From contig NW_026781003.1 of NCBI RefSeq assembly GCF_030144855.1, positions 496,001 to 560,000 on the forward strand: 64,000 nucleotides of DNA, in the 5' to 3' direction. The stretch comes from Hypanus sabinus (taxonomy: Eukaryota). Below, one piece after another: positions 15,291-27,000 of this stretch; position 1 is the stretch's first letter; each line of letters starts with the position of its first letter. The notes under the pieces were generated by a model, which was given only the letters and a program-made list of their open reading frames with translations, ran no database searches and was not told the origin of the DNA. The position numbers were made by a program, and so were the translations under genes.

Positions 15291-17390
15291 TCCACGTGTC
15301 TCTCTCCACGTCCCCCTCTCCACGTCCCATTCTCCACGCCCCCCTCTCCACGTGTCTCTCTCTACATCCTCCTCTACACGTGTCTCTCTCCACATCCCCC
15401 TCTACACGCCCCCCTCTACACGTGTCTCTCTCCACATGTCTCTCTCCACGTGTCTCTCTCCACGTCACCCTCTCTACGTCCCCTCTCCACGTCCCCCTCT
15501 TCATGTGTCTCTCTCCACGTCCCCCTCTCCACGTGTCTCTCTCTATATCCCCCTCTCGTCTCTCTCTACATCCCCCTCTCCACGTCCCCCTCTCCACATC
15601 CCCCTCTCCACGTGTCTCTCTCTACATCCCCCTCTCCACATGTCAGTCTCTACATCCCCCTCTCCACGTGTCTCTCTCTACATCCCCCTCTCCACGTGTC
15701 TCTCTCTACATCCCCCTCTCCACGTGTCTCTCTCTACATCCCCCTCTCCACGTGTCTCTCTACATCCCCCTCTCCACGTCTCTCTCTACATCCCCCTCTC
15801 CACGTGTCTCTCTACATCCCCCTCTCCACGTCTCTCTCTACATCCCCCTCTCCACGTGTCTCTCTCTACATCCCCCTCTCCACGTGTCTCTCTCCACGTG
15901 TCTCTCTCTACATCCCCCTCTCCACATCTCTCTCTACATCCTCCTCTCCACGTGTCTCTCTCTACATCCCCCTCTCCACGTGTCTCTCTCCACGTGTCTC
16001 TCTCTACATCCCCCTCTCCACGTGTCTCTCTCTACATCCCCCTCTCCGTGTCTCTCCACGTGTCTCTCTCTACATCCCCCTCTCCACATGTCTCTCTCTA
16101 CATCCTCCTCTCCACATGTCTCTCTCTACATCCCCCTCTCCACGTGTCTCTCTCCACGTCCCCCTCTCCACGTCTCTCTCTACATCCCCTCTCCACGTGT
16201 CTCTCTCTACATCCCCCTCTCCACGTGTCTCTCTCTACGTCCCCCTCTCCACATCTCTCTCTACATCCCCCTCTCTACGTCTCTCTCTACATCCCCCTCT
16301 CCATGTGTCTCTCTCCACGTGTCTCTCTCTACATCCCCCTCTCCACGTGTCTCTCTCTACATCCCCCTCTCCACATGTCTTTCTCTACATCCCCCTCTCC
16401 ATGTGTCTCTCTCCACGTGTCTCTCTCTACATCCCCCTCTCCACGTGTCTCTCTCTACATCCCCCTCTCCATGTGTCTCTCTCCACGTGTCTCTCTACAT
16501 CCCCCTCTCCACGTGTCTCTCTCTACATCCCCCTCTCCATGTGTCTCTCTCCACGTGTCTCTCTCTACATCCCCCTCTCCACGTGTCTCTCTACATCCCC
16601 CTCTCCACATGTCTCTCTCTGCATCCCCCTCTCCACGTGTCTCTCTACATCCCCCTCTCCACGTGTCTCTCTCTACATCCCCCTCTCCACGTGTCTCTCT
16701 ACATCCCCCTCTCCACGTCTCTCTACATCCCCCTCTCCACGTGTCTCTCTCTACATCCCCCTCTCCACGTCTCTCTCTCTACATCCCCCTCTCCACGTGT
16801 CTCTCTCTACCCCTCTCCACGTGTCTCTCTCTACATCCTCCTCCCCACGTGTCTCTCTCTACATCCCCCTCTCCACGTGTCTCTCTCTACATCCCCCTCT
16901 CCACGTGTCTCTCTCCACGTGTCTCTCTCTACATCCCCCTCTCCATGTGTCTCTCTCCACGTGTCTCTCTCCACGTGTCTCTCTCCACGTGTCTCTCTCT
17001 ACATCCCCCTCTCCAAGTGTCTCTCTCTACATCCCCCTCTCCACATCTCTCTCTACATCCCCCTCTCCGTGTCTCTCTCCACGTGTCTCTCTCCACATGT
17101 CTCTCTCTACATCACCCTCTCCACTTGTCTCTCTCTACATCCCCCTCTCCACGTGTCTCTCTCCACGTGTCTCTCTCTACATCACCCTCTCCACTTGTCT
17201 CTCTACATCCCCCTCTCCACGTGTCTCTCTCTACATCCCCCTCTCCACGTGTCTCTCTCTACATCCCCCTCTCCACGTGTCTCTCTCCACGTGTCTCTCT
17301 CTACATCCCCCTCTCCACGTCTCTCTCTACATCCCCCTCTCCACGTGTCTCTCTCCACGTCTCCCTCTCCACGTCCCATTCTCCACGTCC
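15291..17390. repeat. Low-complexity C/T-rich minisatellite (about 26-28 bp, with 14-bp subunits) containing CACGTG
   Basis: Modules catccccctctccacgtgtctctctcta and ctctccacgtgt. About 50 CACGTG by hand count. G is almost absent on the + strand outside that motif. Confidence 0.92.
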
Positions 17391-17479
17391 GACGTCCCAC
17401 GCGTTAACGTCCCACCATCTTCAGCCTCCCCTTCTCCGCTCGCTGACGTGAAACTCTTTGCTGTGCTTTCCCCCGACAG

Positions 17480-17533
17480 CCGCTGGACGAGATCGATGAT
17501 TTCACCGAGGTCTTCCAGCTCCTGGGCCTGTGA
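17480..17533 (+). CDS. AICDA: AICDA terminal coding exon (PLDEIDDFTEVFQLLGL*), carrying the nuclear export signal
   Basis: Acceptor gctttcccccgacag ends at 17479, phase 0. It has 17 codons plus TGA (17531-17533). It aligns with human PLYEVDDLRDAFRTLGL*, keeping D187, D188, F193, L196, G197 and L198. It is too short to appear in the ORF track. Confidence 0.93.
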   Translation, partial: PLDEIDDFTEVFQLLGL

Positions 17534-17968
17534 GGATCCGCGGGTGCTCCGGGATGTCCCCCACCCCCCCACCACCCCTCCCCGGGACTGCTCAGGGCAC
17601 ACCAGAGACACGGAAACAACCGAGAAGGCCTCAGGCTTCAGTTTGGCCGTCACGATCAGGGATCGGAAGCGGGAAGCTGCAGCTGTTTCAAACCCCCCCC
17701 CACCTCTCCCCATCCCAGGGGTCGGCGGGACGGAGGTGGGGAGGGGGGAACGCTGGGACGATTCACCCCCTCCCTGCATCCCTCACCCAGGGGTCGGTGG
17801 GACAGGGACCCGGGGCTGATTCAACCCCCTCCTTCCAACACCACCACAACCACCCCCCTGTCTGTGGCATGGGAAGACAGGAAACCTCTGTATGTCAAAT
17901 AAAGCATTAACAAAGTTCTCATCGATCTCAAATCAAAGTATAATCAAAATAAATATGTTTAAAGCCCA
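17534..17968 (+). other. AICDA: AICDA 3' UTR (end approximate)
   Basis: Non-repetitive sequence from the stop codon to a candidate CA cleavage site (17967-17968). That site is about 14 nt after the second AATAAA and just before a GT-rich tract. Confidence 0.65.
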
Positions 17969-17990
17969 CGTTTTGCGTTGCTTGTGTCCC
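17898..17990 (+). terminator. Polyadenylation region: AATAAA at 17898-17903 and 17948-17953, with a GT-rich downstream element
   Basis: Two canonical hexamers. gttttgcgttgcttgtgt (about 17970-17987) lies where a downstream element for the second hexamer is expected. Confidence 0.7.
17903..17910 (+). promoter_or_regulatory. miR-155 8-mer target site AGCATTAA
   Basis: Exact complement of miR-155 nt 2-8 (UAAUGCU) plus the 3' A. miR-155 repression through the Aicda 3' UTR is established in mouse. Confidence 0.75.
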
Positions 17991-18040
17991 TAGGCTGCAA
18001 TCTAAATCAAGGCTTAAGAGAGGGAGGGGGAGGGTGGCAT

Positions 18041-21000
18041 CGAGGGGTTTATATATAGAATAACAGATCCCCGGGAGTGGGTTACAGACTATGATCTGAT
18101 CCAGGGGTTCGGGGGTATATATACAGAATAACAGATCCCCGGGAGTGGGTTATAGACTGGGATCTAATCCAGGGGTTCGGGGGGTTTATATATAGAAAAA
18201 CAGATCCCCGGGAGTGGGTTACAGACTGGGATCTAATCCAGGGGTTCAGTGTGTTTATATATAGAATAACAGATCCCCGGGAGTGGGTACAGACTGGGAT
18301 CTAATCCAGGGGTTCGGGGGGGGGGGGGGTTTATATATAGAATAACAGATCTCCGGGAGTGGGTTACAGACTGGGATCCAATCCAGGGTTTCGGGGGTTT
18401 ACATATAGAATAACAGATCCCCGGGAGTGGGTTACAGACTGGGATCTAATCGAGGGGTTCGGTGGGTGGGGGGGGGGTTATATATAGAATAACAGATCCC
18501 CGGGAATGGGTACAGACTGGGATCCAATCCAGGGGTTCGGGGGTTTATATATAGAATAACAGATCCCCGGGAGCAGGTTACAGACTGGGATCTAATCCAG
18601 GGGTTCGGGGGGGGTTTATATATAGAATAACAGATCCCCGGGAGTGGTTTACAGACTGAGATCTAATCCAGGGTTTCGGGGGGTTTATATATAGAATAAC
18701 AGATTCCCGGGAGTGGGTTACAGACTGAGATCTAATCCAGGCGTTCGTGGGGTTTATATATAGAATAACAGATCCCCAGGAGAGGGTTACAGACTGAGAT
18801 CTAATCCAGGGGTTCGGAGGATTTAGATATAGAATAACAGATCCCCGGGAGTGGGTTACAGACTGGGATCGAATCCAGGGGTTCAGTGTGTTTATATATA
18901 GAATAACAGATCCCCGGGAGTGGGTACAGACTGGGATCTAATCCAGGGGTTCGGGGGGTTTATATATAGAATAACAGATCCCCGGGAGTGGGTTACAGAC
19001 TGGGATCTAATCCAGGGTTTCGGAGGGTTTATATATAGAATAACAGATCCCCGGGAGTGGGTTACAGACTGAGATCTAATCCAGGCATTCGTGGGGTTTA
19101 TATATAGAATAACAGATCCCCGGGAGAGGGTTACAGACTGAGATCTAATCCAGGGGTTCGGGGGAGGGTGATATATAGAATAACAGATCCCCGGGAGTGG
19201 GTTACAGACTGGGATCGAATCCAGGGGTTCAGTCTGTTTATATATAGAATAACAGATCCCCGGGAGTGGGTACAGACTGGGATCTAATCCAGGGGTTCGG
19301 GGGGTTTATATATAGAATAACAGATCCCTGGGAGTGGGTTACAGACTGGGATCTAATCCAGGGTTTCGGAGGGTTTATATATAGAATAACAGATCCCCGG
19401 GAGTGGGTTACAGACTGGGATCTAATCCAGGGGTTTGGTGGGTTTATATATAGAACACCAGATCCCCGGGAGTGGGTTACAGACTGGGATCTAATCCAGG
19501 GGTTCGAAGGGTTTATATATAGAATAACAGATCCCCGGGACTGGGTTACAGACCGGTATCTAATCCAGGGGTTCAGGGGGTTTATATATAGAATACCAGA
19601 TCCCCGGGAGTGGGTTACAGACTGGGATCTAATCCAGGGGTTCGGGGGGTTTATATATAGAATAACAGATCCCCGGGAGTGGGTTACAGACTGGGATCAA
19701 ATCCAGGGGTTTGGGGGGTTTATATATAGAATAACAGATCCCCGGGAGTGGGTTACAGACTGGGATCTAATCCAGGGGTTCGGGGGGGGGGTTTATATAT
19801 AGAATAACAGATCCCCGGGAGTGGGTTACAGACTGGGATCTAATCCAGGTTTTCAGAGGGTTTATATATAGAATAACAGATCCCCGGGAGTGGGTTACAG
19901 ACTGGGATCTAATCCAGGGGTTTGGTGGGTTTATATATAGAACACCAGATCCCCGGGAGTGGGTTACAGACTGGGATCTAATCCGGGGGTTCGGAGGGTT
20001 TATATATAGAATAACAGATCCCCGGGACTGGGTTACAGACCGGTATCTAATCCAGGGGTTCGGGGGGTTTATATATAGAATAACAGATCCCCGGGAGTGG
20101 GTTACAGACTGGGATCTAATCCAGGGGTTCGCAGGGTTTATATATAGAATAACAGATCCCCGGGAGTGGGTTACAGACTGGGATCTAATCCAGGGGTTCG
20201 GAGGGTTTATATATAGAATAACAGATCCCCGGGAGTGGGTTACAGACTGGGATCGAATCCAGGGGTTCAGTGTGTTTATATATAGAATAACAGATCCCCG
20301 GGAGTGGGTTACAGACTGGGATCTAATCCAGGGGTTCGGGGGTTTATATACAGAATACCAGATCCCCGGGAGTTGGTTACAGACTGGGATCTAATCCAGG
20401 GGTTTGGTGGGTTTATATATAGAACACCAGATCCCCGGGAGTGGGTTACAGACTGGGATCTAATCCAGGGGTTCGGAGGGTTTATATATAGAATAACAGA
20501 TCCCCGGGACTGGGTTACAGACTGGGATCTAATCCAGGGGTTCGGGGGGTTTATATATAGAATAACAGATCCCCGGGAGTGGGTTACAGACTGGGATCTA
20601 ATCCAGGGGTTTGGTGGGTTTATATATAGAACACCAGATCCCCGGGAGTGGGTTACAGACTGGGATCTAATCCAGGGGTTCGGAGGGTTTATATATAGAA
20701 TAACAGATCCCTGGGAGTGGGTTACAGACTGGGATTTAATCCAGGGGTTAAGGGGGTTTATATATAGAATAACAGATCCCCGGGTGTGGGTTACAGACTG
20801 GGATCTAATCCAGGGGTTCGGGTAGTTTATATATAGAATACCAGATCCCCGGGAGTGGGTTACAGACTGGGATCTAATCCAGGGGTTCAGGGGGTTTATA
20901 TACAGAATAACAGATCCCCGGGAGTGGGTTTCAGACTGGGATCTAATCCAGGGGTTCGGAGGGTTTATATATAGAATAACAGATCCCCGGGAGTGGGTTA

Positions 21001-24000
21001 CAGACTGGGATCTAATCCAGGGGTTCGGAGGTTTTATATATAGAATAATAGATTCCCGGGAGTGGATTACAGACTGGGATCAAATCCAGGGGTTCGGGGG
21101 GTTCATATATAGTATAACAGATCCCCGGGAGTGGGTTACAGACTGAGATCTAATCCAGGGGTTCGGTGGGGGGGGGTTATATATAGAATAACAGATCCCC
21201 GGGGGTGGGTTACAGACTGGGATCCAATCCAGGGGTTCGGGGGTTTATATATAGAATAACAGATCCCCGGGAGTGGGTTACAGACTGGGATCTAATCCAG
21301 GGTTTCGGAGGGTTTATATATAGAATAACAGATCCCTGGGAGTGGGTTACAGACTGGGATCTAATCCAGGGGTTCGGTGGGTTTATATATAGAATAACAG
21401 ATCCCCGGGAGTGGGTTACAGACTGAGATCTAATCCAGGCATTCGTGGGGTTTATATATAGAATAACAGATCCCCGGTAGAGGGTTAGACTGAGATCTAA
21501 TCCAGGGGTTCGGGGGAGGGTGATATATAGAATAACAGATCCCCGGGAGTGGGTTACAGACTGGGATCGAATCCAGGGGTTCAGTCTGTTTATATATAGA
21601 ATAACAGATCCCCGGGAGTGGGTACAGACTGGGATCTAATCCAGGGGTTCGGGGGGTTTATATATAGAATAACAGATCCCCGGGAGTGGGTTACAGACTG
21701 GGATCTAATCCAGGGTTTCGGAGGGTTTATATATAGAATAACAGATCCCCGGGAGTGGGTTACAGACTGGGATCTAATCCAGGGGTTTGGTGGGTTTATA
21801 TATAGAACACCAGATCCCCGGGAGTGGGTTACAGACTGGGATCTAATCCAGGGGTTCGAAGGGTTTATATATAGAATAACAGATCCCCGGGACTGGGTTA
21901 CAGACCGGTATCTAATCCAGGGGTTCAGGGGGTTTATATATAGAATAACAGATCCCCGGGAGTGGGTTACAGACTGGGATCTAATCCAGGTTTTCAGAGG
22001 GTTTATATATAGAATAACAGATCCCCGGGAGTGGGTTACAGACTGGGATCTAATCCAGGGGTTCAGGGGGTTTATAGACAGAATAACAGATCCCCGGGAG
22101 TGGGTTACAGACTGGGATCTAATCCAGGGGTTCAGAGGGTTTATATATAGAATAACAGATCCCCGGGAGTGGGTTACAGACTGGGATCTAATCCAGGGGT
22201 TCAGGGGGTTTATATACAGAATAACAGATCCCCAGGAGTGGGTTACAGACTGGGATCTAATCCAGGGGTTCCGGGGGTTTATATACAGAATAACAGATCC
22301 CCGGGAGTGGGTTACAGACTGGGATCTTATCCAGGGGTTCGCAGGGTTTATATATAGAATAACAGATCCCCGGGAGTGGGTTACAGACTGGGATCTAATC
22401 CAGGGGTTCGGAGGGTTTATATATAGAATAACAGATCCCTGGGAGTGGGTTTTAGACTGGGATCTAATCCAGGGGTTCGGAGGGTTTATATATAGAATAA
22501 CAGATCCCCGGGAGTGGGTTACAGACTGGGATCTAATCCAGGGGTTCGGAGGGTTTATATATAGAATAATAGATTCCCGGGAGTGGATTACAGACTGGGA
22601 TCAAATCCAGGGGTTCGGGGGGTTCATATATAGTATAACAGATCCCCGGGAGTGGGTTACAGCCTGAGATCTAATCCAGGGGTTCGGTGGAGGGGGGTTA
22701 TATATAGAAAAACAGATCCCCGGGGGTGGGTTACAGACTGGGATCCAATCCAGGGGTTCGGTGGTTTATATATAGAATAACAGATCCCCGGGAGTGGGTT
22801 ACAGACTGGGATCTAATCCAGGGTTTCGGAGGGTTTATAAAGAAAATAACAGATCCCCTGGAGTGGGTTACAGACTGGGATCTAATCCAGGGGTTCGGTG
22901 GGTTTATATATACAACACCAGATCCCCGGTAGTGGGTTACAGACTGGGATCTAATCCAGGGGTTCGGTGGGTTTATATATAGAATAACAGATCCCCGGGA
23001 GTGGGTTACAGACTGGGATCTAATCCAGGGGTTCGGGGGGTTTATATACAGAATAACAGTACCCCGGGAGTGGGTTACAGACTGGGATCTAATCTAGGGG
23101 TTCGGGGGTTTATATACAGAATAACAGATCCCCGGGAGTGCGTTACAGACTGGTATCTAATCCAGGGGTTCGGGGGGTTTATATATAGAATACCAGATCC
23201 CTGGGAGTGGGTTCCAGACTGGGATCTAATCCAGGGGTTCAGGGGTTTATATACAGAATAACAGATCCCCGGGAGTGGGTTACAGACTGGGATCTAATCC
23301 TGCGGTTCGGGGGTTTATATACAGAATAACAGATCCCCGGGAGTGCGTTACAGACTGGGATATAATCCAGGGGTTCGGGGGGTTTATATATAGAATACCA
23401 GATCCCTGGGAGTGGGTTACAGACTGGGATCTAATCCAGTGGTTCGGGGAGTTTATTTACAGAATACCAGATCCCCGGGAGTGGGTATAGACTGGGATCT
23501 AATCCAGGGGTTCAGGGGTTTTTTATACAGAATAACAGATCCCCGGGAGTGGGTTACAGACTGGGATCTAATCCAGGGGTTTCGGTGGGTTTATATATAG
23601 AATAACAGATCCCCGGGAGTGGGTTACAGACTGGGATCTAATCCAGGGGTTCGGGGGGGTTTATATATAGAATAACATATCCCCGGGAGTGGGTTACAGA
23701 CTGGGATCTAATCCGGGGTTTCGGGGGGGTTTATATACAGAACAACAGATCCCCGGAAGCGGGTTACAGACTGGGATCTAATCCAGGGGTTCGGAGGGTT
23801 TATATACAGAATAACAGATCCCCGGGAGTGCGTTACAGACTGGGATCTAATCCAGGGGTTCGGGGGGTTTATATATAGAATACCAGATCCCTGGGAGTGG
23901 GTTACAGACTGGGATCTAATCCAGGGGTGCGGGGGGGGGGTTATATATAGAATAACAGATCCCTGGGAGTGGGTACAGACTGGGATCTAATCCAGGGGTT

Positions 24001-27000
24001 CGGTGGGTTTATATATAGAATAACAGATCCCCGGGAGAGGGTACAGACTGGGATCTAATCCAGGGGTTTGGTGGGTTTATATATAGAATAACAGATCCCC
24101 GGGAGTGGGTTACAGACTGGAAACTTATCCAGGGGTTCTGGGGGGTTTATATACAGAATAACAGATCCCCAGGAGTGGCTTACAGACTGGGATCTAATCT
24201 AGGGGTTCGAGGGGTTTATATATAGAATAACAGATCCCCGGGAGTGGGTTACATTCTGGGATCTAATCTAGGGGTTAGAGGGGTTTATATACAGAATAAC
24301 AGATCCCGGGAGTGGGTTACAGACTGGGATCTAATCCAGGGGTTCGGGGGGGTTTATATACAGAATAACAGATCCCCGGGAGTGGGTTACAGACAGGGAT
24401 CTAATCTAGCGGTTCGGGGGGTTTATATACAGAATAACAGATCCCGGGAGTGGGTTGCAGACTGGGATCTAATCCAGGGGTTCGGGGGGTTTATATACAG
24501 AATAACAGATCCCCGGGAGTGGGTTACAGACTGGGATCTAATCCAGGGGTTCGGGGGGTTTATATACAGAATAACAGTACCCCGGGAGTGGGTTACAGAC
24601 TGGGATCTAATCCAGGGGTTCAGGGGTTTATATACAGAATAACAGATCCCCGGGAGTGGGTTACAGACTGGGATCTAATCCTGCGGTTCGGGGGTTTATA
24701 TACAGAATAACAGATCCCCGGGAGTGCGTTACAGACTGGTATCTAATCCAGGGGTTCGGGGGGTTTATATATAGAATACCAGATCCCTGGGAGTGGGTTC
24801 CAGACTGGGATCTAATCCAGGGGTTCAGGGGTTTATATACAGAATAACAGATCCCCGGGAGTGGGTTACAGACTGGGATCTAATCCTGCGGTTCGGGGGT
24901 TTATATACAGAATAACAGATCCCCGGGAGTGCGTTACAGACTGGGATATAATCCAGGGGTTCGGGGGGTTTATATATAGAATACCAGATCCCTGGGAGTG
25001 GGTTACAGACTGGGATCTAATCCAGTGGTTCGGGGAGTTTATTTACAGAATACCAGATCCCCGGGAGTGGGTATAGACTGGGATCTAATCCAGGGGTTCA
25101 GGGGTTTTTTATACAGAATAACAGATCCCCGGGAGTGGGTTACAGACTGGGATCTAATCCAGGGGTTTCGGTGGGTTTATATATAGAATAACAGATCCCC
25201 GGGAGTGGGTTACAGACTGGGATCTAATCCAGGGGTTTCGGTGGGTTTATATATAGAATAACAGATCCCCGGGAGTGGGTTACAGACTGGGATCTAATCC
25301 AGGGGTTCGGGGGGGTTTATATATAGAATAACATATCCCCGGGAGTGGGTTACAGACTGGGATCTAATCCGGGGTTTCGGGGGGGTTTATATACAGAACA
25401 ACAGATCCCCGGAAGCGGGTTACAGACTGGGATCTAATCCAGGGGTTCGGAGGGTTTATATACAGAATAACAGATCCCCGGGAGTGCGTTACAGACTGGG
25501 ATCTAATCCAGGGGTTCGGGGGGTTTATATATAGAATACCAGATCCCTGGGAGTGGGTTACAGACTGGGATCTAATCCAGGGGTGCGGGGGGGGGTTATA
25601 TATAGAATAACAGATCCCTGGGAGTGGGTACAGACTGGGATCTAATCCAGGGGTTCAGGGGTTTATATACAGAATAACAGATCCCCGGGAGTGGGTTACA
25701 GACTGGGATCTAATCCTGCGGTTCGGGGGTTTATATACAGAATAACAGATCCCCGGGAGTGCGTTACAGACTGGTATCTAATCCAGGGGTTCGGGGGGTT
25801 TATATATAGAATACCAGATCCCTGGGAGTGGGTTCCAGACTGGGATCTAATCCAGGGGTTCAGGGGTTTATATACAGAATAACAGATCCCCGGGAGTGGG
25901 TTACAGACTGGGATCTAATCCTGCGGTTCGGGGGTTTATATACAGAATAACAGATCCCCGGGAGTGCGTTACAGACTGGGATATAATCCAGGGGTTCGGG
26001 GGGTTTATATATAGAATACCAGATCCCTGGGAGTGGGTTACAGACTGGGATCTAATCCAGTGGTTCGGGGAGTTTATTTACAGAATACCAGATCCCCGGG
26101 AGTGGGTATAGACTGGGATCTAATCCAGGGGTTCAGGGGTTTTTTATACAGAATAACAGATCCCCGGGAGTGGGTTACAGACTGGGATCTAATCCAGGGG
26201 TTTCGGTGGGTTTATATATAGAATAACAGATCCCCGGGAGTGGGTTACAGACTGGGATCTAATCCAGGGGTTTCGGTGGGTTTATATATAGAATAACAGA
26301 TCCCCGGGAGTGGGTTACAGACTGGGATCTAATCCAGGGGTTCGGGGGGGTTTATATATAGAATAACATATCCCCGGGAGTGGGTTACAGACTGGGATCT
26401 AATCCGGGGTTTCGGGGGGGTTTATATACAGAACAACAGATCCCCGGAAGCGGGTTACAGACTGGGATCTAATCCAGGGGTTCGGAGGGTTTATATACAG
26501 AATAACAGATCCCCGGGAGTGCGTTACAGACTGGGATCTAATCCAGGGGTTCGGGGGGTTTATATATAGAATACCAGATCCCTGGGAGTGGGTTACAGAC
26601 TGGGATCTAATCCAGGGGTGCGGGGGGGGGGTTATATATAGAATAACAGATCCCTGGGAGTGGGTACAGACTGGGATCTAATCCAGGGGTTCAGGGGTTT
26701 ATATACAGAATAACAGATCCCCGGGAGTGGGTTACAGACTGGGATCTAATCCTGCGGTTCGGGGGTTTATATACAGAATAACAGATCCCCGGGAGTGCGT
26801 TACAGACTGGGATATAATCCAGGGGTTCGGGGGGTTTATATATAGAATACCAGATCCCTGGGAGTGGGTTACAGACTGGGATCTAATCCAGTGGTTCGGG
26901 GAGTTTATTTACAGAATACCAGATCCCCGGGAGTGGGTATAGACTGGGATCTAATCCAGGGGTTCAGGGGTTTTTTATACAGAATAACAGATCCCCGGGA

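Noticed and set aside
17327-17779. Minus-strand ORF containing QELEDLGEIIDLVQRLSGE, which looked like an exon of another gene
   Set aside because: It is the antisense reading of the AICDA terminal exon and its flanks.
15111-17819. 902, 746 and 699 aa Ser/Leu/Pro/His-rich ORFs
   Set aside because: C/T-rich low-complexity DNA lacks stop codons in all three frames, so these are not a mucin-like or other real gene.
9500-18200. TCTAATCCAG shared by the 42-bp and 69-bp units (includes the TAATCC homeodomain site)
   Set aside because: In the 42-mer it is simply the antisense of the CR1 PGLE codons, and there is no further similarity. Treated as coincidence.
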